NCBI GenBank assembly: GCA_963725795.1 | Contig: CAVRZR010000002.1 | Coordinates: 133,762 to 197,761, forward strand | Length of the DNA: 64,000 nucleotides | Origin: an uncultured Actinomycetes bacterium | Lineage (GTDB): Bacteria; Actinomycetota; Coriobacteriia; Anaerosomatales; CAVRZR01 | Reading direction: 5' to 3' | Shown here: one piece after another, positions 1 to 8,211 of the stretch | Position numbering within the stretch: the first letter of the stretch is position 1 | How the letters are laid out: the number at the start of each line of letters is the position of its first letter | Notes under the pieces: model-generated | The model's input: the letters and a program-made list of their open reading frames with translations, nothing else | Databases searched by the model: none | Told to the model about the DNA's origin: nothing | Position numbers and translations under genes: made by a program

Positions 1-166
1 TCGTCGTCGACATATTCGCGTTGCAGGAGCGGCTCGAACTCGACTGACGCGTGCGTCGGAACGCCTGCCGGCTGCGCGCGTCTCCCTCGGTTATCCTTCT
101 TGCGTCTCGTGCGCATCGACGAGGGGGAAGAATCCCAGCAGGACAGCTGTCGACCCAGGAGGGCAC

Positions 167-394
167 ATGAAGGAATTCAGCGCGGAGGAACTGTCCGAGT
201 TCGACGGACGTGACGGTCGACCTGCGTACGTCGTGTACAAGGGACTCGTGTACGACGTCACCGAGAGCGCCATGTGGACGGACGGCGACCACGAGGGGAT
301 GCACACTGCCGGGGCAGACCTGACAGACGAGCACGAGGACGCTCCGCATGACGTCTACGTCACGGACTTCCCCGAGGTCGGCAAACTCGTCTGA
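167..394 (+). CDS. Cytochrome b5-like heme/steroid-binding domain protein
   Basis: FSAEELSEFDG..AYVVYKGLVYDVT..H.AGADLT..APH..FPEVGKL pattern; SD AGGAGG upstream. Confidence 0.85.
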   Translation: MKEFSAEELSEFDGRDGRPAYVVYKGLVYDVTESAMWTDGDHEGMHTAGADLTDEHEDAPHDVYVTDFPEVGKLV

Positions 395-439
395 AGACCC
401 CACGATCGCGCCGGAACGCCTATCGACGCGATCGTGCCC

Positions 440-1759
440 TCATCCGCTTGGTTCGAATGTCGCTACCGTCTCGACATGGAACGTCTGGGGGAAGAGGTCG
501 ACCGGAACGGCCGACACGAGCCGATAGCCGGCGTCGCCGAGCGATCGGGCGTCTCGTGCGAGCGTCGCCGGATCACAGGAGACGTACACGAGCCTGCGCG
601 CCCGCGTCTGGGATAGTGCGGCGGCGACTGTGTCGGTGAGCCCGGACCGGGGCGGATCCACGAGCACGCCATCGAACGTCCCGAGCTGCGCGAGGACTCG
701 CCCCGCCTCTCCCGCCTCGACCTGCGCGTCAAGTCGGGCGGCCTCGAGGTTCCGACGCAGGTCTCGGATCGCGGAGCCGGACCCTTCCACCGCGACAAGT
801 GCCCCCGCCCTCTTCGCTAAGGGCAGGCTGAACGTGCCCACGCCCGCGTAGGCGTCCAGTACCGCGTCGGAGCCGTCCACCTGGAGTGCCGAGACCGCCT
901 CTGTCACGAGCTTCCCGGCAGCGGCCGTGTTCACCTGGAAGAACGATGGAGCCGACACTCGGAAACGGTGTCCGCCCAGCACCTCGCTCCAGAATCCATT
1001 GCCGGCAAGGACTTCAACCGATGTGGCCGCGTGCCGGTCGCGCACGTCCTTCGTCAGGATCCGTACGACGCTGGACGCCTTCACCGAGGTCGTGAGCGTT
1101 GTCGCCGCGGTCGATCTCGGAAACGCGGAGGGCGGGGTCCAAAGGGCTACCTCGACGTCAGAAGTCTCGACCGACACCCGCAGTCCGACGCGAAGCACGC
1201 CAAGGTCTTGAGCCCCCGAGGCGTATCTGATCGCCCCGGCGAGGCGAGCGGGAGCCTTCTCCTGCCCGGTCGGCAACAGCAGGCAGCGATCCACCGGAAG
1301 CACCTCTTCGCTGCCCAGACGGTGAAAACCCAATCGGAACGTTGGTCCCGGTGATGGAACCAGTTCCACCTTGTTCCGGTAGCCGTACGTCGACGGGGAG
1401 GGGACTGTCTCGCTCACAATGTGCTCGGCGGAGATGTTTCCGATGCGCTGCAACGCGTCTGAGACGATGCGTCTCTTCGCTTCGAGTTGGACTGAGTAGT
1501 CGATGTGCTGCCACTGGCAGCCGCCGCATGCACCGAAATACGGGCATGGCGCCTGCACGCGGTCCTTAGAGGGTTCGACGACGGCTGTCGCCTTGGCCGA
1601 GACCCAGCGTTTCTTCTCGGCGAGCACCTCGATCTCGACTACGTCACCTGGACACGTCCCCGAAACGAACACCACGCGTCCATCGTCGAGGTGGCCGACG
1701 CCTTCTCCGCTGCTGGCGAGACTCTCGATCGATACCATCCGCACTCCAGGATCGTCCAT
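440..1759 (-). CDS. rlmD: 23S rRNA m5U methyltransferase RlmD/RumA (TRAM domain, Fe-S motif)
   Basis: TRAM N-terminus, CPYFGACGGCQWQH, YGYRNK, SFFQVN, DAYAGVG, DPPRSG, YVSCDP, DLFPQTFHVE; start trimmed to the ATG at 1759. Confidence 0.9.
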   Translation of the reverse strand: MDDPGVRMVSIESLASSGEGVGHLDDGRVVFVSGTCPGDVVEIEVLAEKKRWVSAKATAVVEPSKDRVQAPCPYFGACGGCQWQHIDYSVQLEAKRRIVSDALQRIGNISAEHIVSETVPSPSTYGYRNKVELVPSPGPTFRLGFHRLGSEEVLPVDRCLLLPTGQEKAPARLAGAIRYASGAQDLGVLRVGLRVSVETSDVEVALWTPPSAFPRSTAATTLTTSVKASSVVRILTKDVRDRHAATSVEVLAGNGFWSEVLGGHRFRVSAPSFFQVNTAAAGKLVTEAVSALQVDGSDAVLDAYAGVGTFSLPLAKRAGALVAVEGSGSAIRDLRRNLEAARLDAQVEAGEAGRVLAQLGTFDGVLVDPPRSGLTDTVAAALSQTRARRLVYVSCDPATLARDARSLGDAGYRLVSAVPVDLFPQTFHVETVATFEPSG

Positions 1760-1849
1760 CCGGCCCCGAGCGTCGCATTCGACGATCGGTAGGTGCCATC
1801 GTACGCGCTCCGTGTGTTTCTTGGACCATTTGAGCAGCGGTTTGACGTT

Positions 1850-1857
1850 GCCGATAA
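1850..1857 (+). promoter_or_regulatory. Putative sigma28 (FliA/WhiG)-type -10 element GCCGATAA
   Basis: Exact consensus -10 about 70 bp upstream of the REC/PilT unit; -35 match is weak. Confidence 0.35.
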
Positions 1858-1929
1858 ACTTGACGAGGGCGGAAATGCGCCGTGCTACGTCGGGGCTGAC
1901 GTTCGGCGCGACTAGGGAGGTAGTGGAGG

Positions 1930-2478
1930 GTGACATTCAAACAGGCACTTGTCGTCAATCGCGACGCGGACTTCGTCGAGAGCGTGACCCGCGCGTTTCG
2001 CGAGGCGGGACTCGACGTGGGAGTTGCTTCGACTCAGTCGGGCGAAGCTGCGCTGGAGATGTTGGGCAGCGTCGATCCCGACGTGGTCATTGTGGATGCG
2101 GAGCTCCCGGGCATGGACGGCTATACACTCACGCAGGTAATGAAGTCCCGTGCGATAGGCGCGAACGTTCCTGTGGTCATCATGTCGCCGCATCCGACGG
2201 ATGCGTCGGCCGAAAGAGCGAGGGCAGCGGGCGCCTCGGCGCACGTCTCCTCCGTCGCCTCGATCGATACGCTCGTCTCCAACGTCGCCTATCTCGTCGC
2301 CGCGCCTGTGGCGAGTTCGGTCGCTGTTGCCGAGGCAGCTCCGCCGGCTCAGACGGTCGCGGCGACCGCTCCGGCTGCGGCGCTTGGCGGATACACTCAA
2401 GCGAGTCCGGCAGCAGACTCTCCCGCTTCAGGGACCCGATCCGCGAGGACGCCGTCGTCTGGGTCCGGTCGAAAGTAG
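1930..2478 (+). CDS. Atypical response-regulator receiver domain plus Ala-rich linker (possibly the N-terminus of a REC-PilT fusion)
   Basis: SGEAAL..PDVVIVDAELPGMDGY..VPVVIMS..AGA receiver pattern; SD GGAGG before GTG. Confidence 0.8.
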   Translation: MTFKQALVVNRDADFVESVTRAFREAGLDVGVASTQSGEAALEMLGSVDPDVVIVDAELPGMDGYTLTQVMKSRAIGANVPVVIMSPHPTDASAERARAAGASAHVSSVASIDTLVSNVAYLVAAPVASSVAVAEAAPPAQTVAATAPAAALGGYTQASPAADSPASGTRSARTPSSGSGRK

Positions 2479-2491
2479 CGCGGCTCCGCAG

Positions 2492-3574
2492 GTGGCTTCG
2501 GACGAGATTCCGAGCATCGACGATCTTCTGCGGGTCATGCTGGAGCGTGGTGGGTCCGACCTTCACCTGACGGTCGGTAGCCCTCCGGGAATCCGTCAAC
2601 GCGGCGAGATCGTCCCGGTCGAGTCGGTCCGGCCGCTCATGCCCAAGGACACCATGGAGATGATTCTCGCCATGCTGTCCGAGGAGCAGCGCAGGAAGTT
2701 CGAGACCGAGTTGGAGTTGGACTGGGCGTATGCCATACCGGGCGTATCCCGTTTCCGCGTGAACGTCTTCCAGCAGCGCAACAGCATGGGCGCGGTATTC
2801 CGAGTCATTCCGATCGAGATCCCGACGATCGAAGATCTCAATCTGCCGAAGGTGACCGAGTTCCTGGCTGATCGGCCCCGTGGGCTCGTGCTGGTCACCG
2901 GGCCCACCGGCTCGGGCAAGTCGACCACGCTGGCCGCGATCATCGACCGGATCAACGAGACCAGGCCGCTGCACATCGTCACCCTTGAGGACCCGATCGA
3001 ATTCATGCACCGCAACAAGCGTGCGTACGTGAACCAGCGCGAGATCGGTGAAGACACCCATTCGTTCGCGTCGGCACTCAAGCGTGTGTTGCGACAAGAC
3101 CCCGACGTGATCTTGGTCGGCGAGATGCGAGACCTCGAGACGATCTCCGCCGCGATCACTGCCGCCGAAACCGGTCACCTGGTGCTCGCCACACTCCACA
3201 CGACGGGCGGACCCGCGACCGTCGACCGTATCATCGACGTATTCCCGCCTCACCAGCAGCAGCAGGTGCGGATGCAGCTCTCGACGACGCTGCAGGGCGT
3301 CCTCTCGCAGACGCTGCTTCGCTCTACCGACGGCAAGACGAGAGTCATGGCGATGGAGGTCATGCTCGGCACGCCGGCTATCTGCAACCTGATTCGCGAG
3401 GGCAAGACGCATCAGATGCCGACCATCATCCAGGCGGGTGCATCCATGGGGATGCAGACACTCGACCAGGATCTAAAGCGGCTTATGCAGGCGGGGCGCG
3501 TCACATTCGAGGAAGCGATCTCGAAAGCGCAGAACCCGCGCGAGCTCGCGCAGATGGTGGGCCGCAGGCTGTAG
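2492..3574 (+). CDS. pilT: Type IV pilus retraction ATPase PilT
   Basis: SDLHLTVG, Walker A GPTGSGKS, EDPIEF, RQDPDVILVGEMRD, TGHLVLATLH, AICNLIRE, GMQTLD; start uncertain (GTG 2492, or fused to the upstream REC). Confidence 0.93.
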   Translation: MASDEIPSIDDLLRVMLERGGSDLHLTVGSPPGIRQRGEIVPVESVRPLMPKDTMEMILAMLSEEQRRKFETELELDWAYAIPGVSRFRVNVFQQRNSMGAVFRVIPIEIPTIEDLNLPKVTEFLADRPRGLVLVTGPTGSGKSTTLAAIIDRINETRPLHIVTLEDPIEFMHRNKRAYVNQREIGEDTHSFASALKRVLRQDPDVILVGEMRDLETISAAITAAETGHLVLATLHTTGGPATVDRIIDVFPPHQQQQVRMQLSTTLQGVLSQTLLRSTDGKTRVMAMEVMLGTPAICNLIREGKTHQMPTIIQAGASMGMQTLDQDLKRLMQAGRVTFEEAISKAQNPRELAQMVGRRL

Positions 3575-3660
3575 AATCCACTCGTATCGTCTCGCGCGGT
3601 GCCCACGACCGGACCGATCGTGGGGACGATGCCATGCCGTTCGTCGAAGGGACCCTGACG

Positions 3661-4098
3661 ATGGATACCGTACGCGTCCGGTTTGCGTCGAATAGGCAGT
3701 TCATCGGCTGGGATTCAGCGGGACATGGCCTGGTCATGGATGCGAAGCCCGAGTACAAGGGTGAGGGCACCGGGCCGCGACCCGTAGAGCTCGTTCTGTA
3801 CGCGCTGGGCGGCTGTACCGCGATGGACGTCGTGTCAGTGCTGGAGAAGAAGCGCCAAGACGTGAGAGGCGTTGAGGTCGTCGTGACGGGGACGCAGCGC
3901 GAGACCGATTTCCCGCACTACTACGAGACGATCCACGTCGAGTACGTGGTCAGAGGCATCGGAGTGTCCGAAGCGGCGGTCGAGCGCGCGATCGAGCTTT
4001 CCGAGCAGAAGTACTGTTCGGTCAAGGGCATGTTCGGACCACAGGTGAATGTCACGAGCTCCTATCGGGTCGAGGACGTCTCGCTTCCTTCGGTGTGA
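3661..4098 (+). CDS. OsmC/YhfA family protein
   Basis: GPRPVELVLYALGGCTAMDV and LSEQKYCSV two-Cys motifs. Confidence 0.9.
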   Translation: MDTVRVRFASNRQFIGWDSAGHGLVMDAKPEYKGEGTGPRPVELVLYALGGCTAMDVVSVLEKKRQDVRGVEVVVTGTQRETDFPHYYETIHVEYVVRGIGVSEAAVERAIELSEQKYCSVKGMFGPQVNVTSSYRVEDVSLPSV

Positions 4099-4165
4099 CG
4101 AGACAGCCGACCTCGGCAACAATAGGCTGCATGGACTACCTTTCGATCTCGATGAGCGATGAGTC

Positions 4166-4861
4166 GTGAATGCGGCCGTCGTCATGCCCGTCTTCAATGA
4201 GGCCGCCACCGTAGGCGGCGTCATCGACCAGGTCAGGAGCAGGTTCTCCGGCCCGATCATCGTCGTGGACGACGGATCCTCGGACGAGACGCCAGCCGTT
4301 CTTGCGCGCAGGACGGACATCATGGTGAGGACCCTCTCGGACAACTGCGGCTATGGCTGTGCCTTGACCGAGGGCATCACGCAAGCCAAGGCGCTTGGGG
4401 TCGAACGCCTCATCACCATGGACTGCGACGGGCAACACGAACCCGCTCACATCCCTCAGTTCCTGGACGCCCTCGGCGCAGGGGGCGACATCGTCTCGGG
4501 GAGTCGCTACCTGCCCGAGAGTCGCGCGGTGGGCAAGCCGCCTGGCCGGCGGCGTGAGGTGAATCGGATCGTCACCGAAGAGATCAACAGTGTCACCGGA
4601 TGGGGCATCACCGACGCGTTTTGCGGCTTCAAGGCGTATCGTGCCGCGAGCCTCGAGGGGATCGAGATCGTCGAGCCGGGATACGCCATGCCCCTCGAGC
4701 TCTGGGCGAAGGCGTTTCGCCACGGCTTGTCGGTGAGAGAGATACCTGTGGAGAGGATCTACTGCGACTACGACCGGAGTTTCGGGGCCGAACTCGACGA
4801 TCCGCTCCTGCGGCTGGAGTACTACCTAGCTGTCTGGCACAAGGGATTGAAGGAGGCGTGA
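4166..4861 (+). CDS. Glycosyltransferase family 2 (DPM1/ArnC-like, no TM tail)
   Basis: VMPVFNE, VVDDGSSD, MDCDGQH, GSRY, TDAFCGFKAYR. Confidence 0.9.
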   Translation: MNAAVVMPVFNEAATVGGVIDQVRSRFSGPIIVVDDGSSDETPAVLARRTDIMVRTLSDNCGYGCALTEGITQAKALGVERLITMDCDGQHEPAHIPQFLDALGAGGDIVSGSRYLPESRAVGKPPGRRREVNRIVTEEINSVTGWGITDAFCGFKAYRAASLEGIEIVEPGYAMPLELWAKAFRHGLSVREIPVERIYCDYDRSFGAELDDPLLRLEYYLAVWHKGLKEA

Positions 4862-5544
4862 TGGTCGATGCGGTCTGTATCGGCGCGCATCCCGACGACG
4901 TCGAGATCGGCATGGGCGCGACGGTGCGCCGCATGTCCCGTCAGGGAATGCGTGTCGCGATCGTCGATCTCACGGACGGCGAACCGACGCCTCATGGAAC
5001 GGTGGAGCGTCGCATGGCCGAGGCCTCGCGGGCAGGTGAGATACTCGCGGTGGCCGAGCGCCGGACGCTGAGCCAGCCGAACCGCTACCTTCTCGATACC
5101 GTTCAGGCTCGGACCGAGCTCGCCGAGGTGCTTCGGGAGCTGCGTCCGCTCATCATGTTCGTGCCGTATCCCGTCGATGCACATCCCGACCACATCGCAG
5201 CGCACGCGATCGCCACGGCTGCGCGTTTCTACGCGAAGTTCACGAAGACCGAGATGTTGGGCGAGCCGCACTATCCGGCCCGGGTGTATCAGTACATGGC
5301 TGTCCACATGAGGATCCTTGCCGAACCTGCCTTCGTCATGGACGTGTCCGACGACCTCGGCAGCAAACTCGATGCGCTGGCGGCGTACGAGTCCCAGTTC
5401 TCGGCACCCGAGGGGAACCGTTCGATCATCTCGACCATGGAGGAGACGGCCAGGTGGTGGGGGAGCCGCATCGGCACGAGCGCCGGCGAGCCCTTCTTCA
5501 CGCCAGAGCCGCTCGGCATCCGATCCATCCAGGACCTGGTCTAG
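4861..5544 (+). CDS. bshB1: PIG-L family N-acetylglucosaminyl deacetylase, BshB1-like
   Basis: GAHPDDVEIG, DLTDGE, HPDH, AYESQF, GEPF; ATG overlaps the GT2 stop (TGATG). Confidence 0.85.
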   Translation: MVDAVCIGAHPDDVEIGMGATVRRMSRQGMRVAIVDLTDGEPTPHGTVERRMAEASRAGEILAVAERRTLSQPNRYLLDTVQARTELAEVLRELRPLIMFVPYPVDAHPDHIAAHAIATAARFYAKFTKTEMLGEPHYPARVYQYMAVHMRILAEPAFVMDVSDDLGSKLDALAAYESQFSAPEGNRSIISTMEETARWWGSRIGTSAGEPFFTPEPLGIRSIQDLV

Positions 5545-5550
5545 AACGTC

Positions 5551-7135
5551 ATGGAGGACGCTGCGGTGCCGCTCCCAGCCGAGGGCCAGCTCTATGCCGA
5601 TCCTCCACTCGAGTTGTGGCCGGAGATGCTTGCCCGAAACAGGGCGGCGGCAAGGGATTGGGAATGCTCAGTCGCCGGTGTCGACATTCAGCACCTGCGA
5701 AAGGTCGCGCGAGATGAGGCGATCGCACGCGCCGGTGAGCTTTCGCGCCGCTGCGGCTGTATCCCATCGGACGGAGTGCGAGGATGCGTTGGCGAGTGAT
5801 ACGCCGATCATCATGACCGGTCATCAACCCGAGCTGTACCACCCCGGCGTGTGGGTGAAGGACTTCTTGGTCGACAGATTCAGCCGAGAGCTCCACGCGG
5901 TCGGCGTCGACCTGATCGTCGACTCGGACACGTTCCAGGAGATCGGCGCAGCCGCGCCCTGTCTGGGACCAGGCCTCCGTGCCTGTCGCGCGACGCTGGT
6001 CGAAGCCGATGTCGGAGCGTGTTTCGCCTGCACTCCGGTTCCCCCGCGCGGTTCGATCGAAGACTTCTGCGCTGAAGTGGATCGGGCACTTGCGACCCTG
6101 CCGTCGACTGAGCCACGCACCAACTTCGCGAGGTTCGCCGAATGTCTCCTCGAGCGTGCGGATGAGGCGCAGAACGTCGGCGAACTCATCACGTTTGCTC
6201 GGCGCTGTTTCGAAGCGCCCGTCGGGACGCAGTACCTCGAACTCTCCGTGACCTCGATGTCCGATTCGTCCGCCTTTGCGCTCTTCGTGCTCGATATCGC
6301 CACGAGGGCGGCTGAGTTCAGGCTCGCCTACAATGCCGAACTCGATGCGTTCCGAGCGGCCACGAACACCCGCACGGCAGCTCAGCCGTTCCCCAACCTG
6401 GAGTGCGCCGAAGACCGCTGCGAGCTGCCCTTCTGGCTCCTTGGCGGAGGTCGCCGAAGGACGCTTTGGGTCGGTCCCGCCGCATCCGGAGCAATCGCGC
6501 TCTACGCCGACGCGGAGCGCGTGGCAAGCATCGCGGCCGACGACCAGGATGCGTGTGCTGCGCTCTTGCGCGAGCACGTGGTCGCACCAAAGGCGCTCGC
6601 GCTCACGCTGTTCGCGCGGGTGTTCGTTGCGGACCTGTTCATCCACGGGACTGGAGGAGCGCGCTACGACCGCGTGACCGACGGGGTGATCCGGCGCCAT
6701 TACGGCTTCGAACCCCCCGAGTACGCGGTCGCTTCGCTGACGGAGCATCTACGTGCCGGGATCCAACCCGTGAGCGACGCCGAGGTGGCCCGGTCGCGCG
6801 AACGGCTCAACCGATACGAGCACAACCCCGACGCATTGCTGGACGAGATGCGCTTCGATGATCCGAACGACCGCGCCACGGCGGCAGCGCTCGCCGCGAA
6901 GAAGACGGACCTGGTTGCCGAGATCTCACGCGAGGGTGCCGATCGCAAGGCGACAGGCCGTGCGATCCGTGATGTGAACGCGACGCTTCGAGAGCTGCTT
7001 GCACCACTCGGAGAACAGCTGCGCATGGAAGCCGCACGTCTCCAGGCGGCCCACGACGAAGCGCGAATCCTTGAGGATCGCACGTATCCGTTCTGCTACT
7101 GGACGCCCGAGGTCATCGCCGGCCGCGTTGGATGA
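5551..7135 (+). CDS. BshC-like putative ligase, about 527 aa (apparent +1 frameshift near 5770)
   Basis: ORF 5551..5799 joins the frame of 5318..7135; TGHQP (cf. BshC TGQQ), PKAL, FIHGTGGARYD, helical coiled region, terminal EDR..PF. Confidence 0.6.
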
Positions 7136-7187
7136 TCCTCGGTGAAAGCGCCGGTTTGCGCGTCGCTGGTCGCCTCGGCACGCGCGC

Positions 7188-7196
7188 TGCTATCAT
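7188..7196 (+). promoter_or_regulatory. Extended -10 promoter (TGC TATCAT) for the ferredoxin
   Basis: TGnTAnnnT about 40 bp upstream of the ATG at 7234. Confidence 0.4.
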
Positions 7197-7233
7197 GTCC
7201 GAACCTCTTCTGACCAAGTGGAAGGAAGTACCA

Positions 7234-7410
7234 ATGTCGGTTCCTGTCGTGGATTCGAACGCATGCACTGCGTGCGGTACTTGTGTCGACGAGTGCCCCA
7301 GCGGTTGCTACGACCTTGAGGACGTCGCCGTCCTCGCGCGTCCCGAGGACTGCACGGAGTGCGGTATCTGCGTGGACTCTTGCTCGAGCGACGCCATCTC
7401 GATGGACTAG
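7234..7410 (+). CDS. 2[4Fe-4S] ferredoxin
   Basis: CTACGTCVDECP and CTECGICVDSCS; acidic 58 aa; SD AAGGA. Confidence 0.93.
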   Translation: MSVPVVDSNACTACGTCVDECPSGCYDLEDVAVLARPEDCTECGICVDSCSSDAISMD

Positions 7411-7485
7411 CTCGCAGGTGCAAAGCGTCGCCAGCGGGTCCGGATCGATCGGGCCCGTTGTCGTATCCGAGCGCAGTGCGTGTCA

Positions 7486-8211
7486 CTAGCCCCTCGGGCC
7501 CATGCGGTCTTCGACGTAGAGGCGCGGTTCTTCACCACGGAGAAGCCCGATGAACCGCCGATGATGGGCGGAGTACACGAGGAGTCCCATCAGGAGCGCG
7601 AACGGCCAATCAGGCTCGCCGAGGATGATCGCCGTGACGGGAAGGGTGATCGCCGCCGCGACTTGTCCCGCCATCATGTAGCGCGTGATCGCGATGACGA
7701 GCAGACCGACAACGAGGACCGCAAGGAAGTAGCGCCAGTCGTAAGCGAGTAGCGCTCCCGCGCCCGTGGCGAGACCCTTGCCGGTTCGAGAGAAGCGTCG
7801 GGAGATGAGCGCCATCCACAGGGAGTAGTTGTGCCCCACCACGACTCCGGCCACGGTTGACTGGACGAACAGCAGCGCCGCGGTCTCTGACGAAAGCCGG
7901 AGCGCACCGACCTGTGCGAACAGGCCGTGATAGCCGCCCGTGAGGACCTGCGCGATCAGCACCGGTACGAACCCTTTGCCGAAGTCGGCCAGCATCGCAA
8001 CCGCGAACCACGCCCACGAGCCCGTGGCGCGGCGAACGTTCATCGCGCCGACGTTTCCCGTGCCGTGCTTGGTGATGTCCTCTCCGGTCACGGCCCGCAC
8101 GATGATGTACGCGAAGGGGATCGATCCGACCAGGTACGCGACGAGGAACGCCGCGAGAAACGCCAGCCAGCTCTCCGCGAGAGGCGTGAGGACGTCCGCC
8201 GTGGGTATCAC
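7486..8211 (-). CDS. plsY: Glycerol-3-phosphate acyltransferase PlsY
   Basis: YLVGSIPF, HGTGNVGAMN, DFGKG, GHNYS, GKGLATGAG; multiple TM segments. Confidence 0.9.
   Translation of the reverse strand: MIPTADVLTPLAESWLAFLAAFLVAYLVGSIPFAYIIVRAVTGEDITKHGTGNVGAMNVRRATGSWAWFAVAMLADFGKGFVPVLIAQVLTGGYHGLFAQVGALRLSSETAALLFVQSTVAGVVVGHNYSLWMALISRRFSRTGKGLATGAGALLAYDWRYFLAVLVVGLLVIAITRYMMAGQVAAAITLPVTAIILGEPDWPFALLMGLLVYSAHHRRFIGLLRGEEPRLYVEDRMGPRG

Noticed and set aside
1-47. 3' end of an upstream CDS (VVDIFALQERLELD*)
   Set aside because: Too short to identify.
5797-5799. TGA readthrough (selenocysteine) in the BshC-like gene
   Set aside because: The coding signal continues in a different frame, so an indel explains the break, not readthrough.
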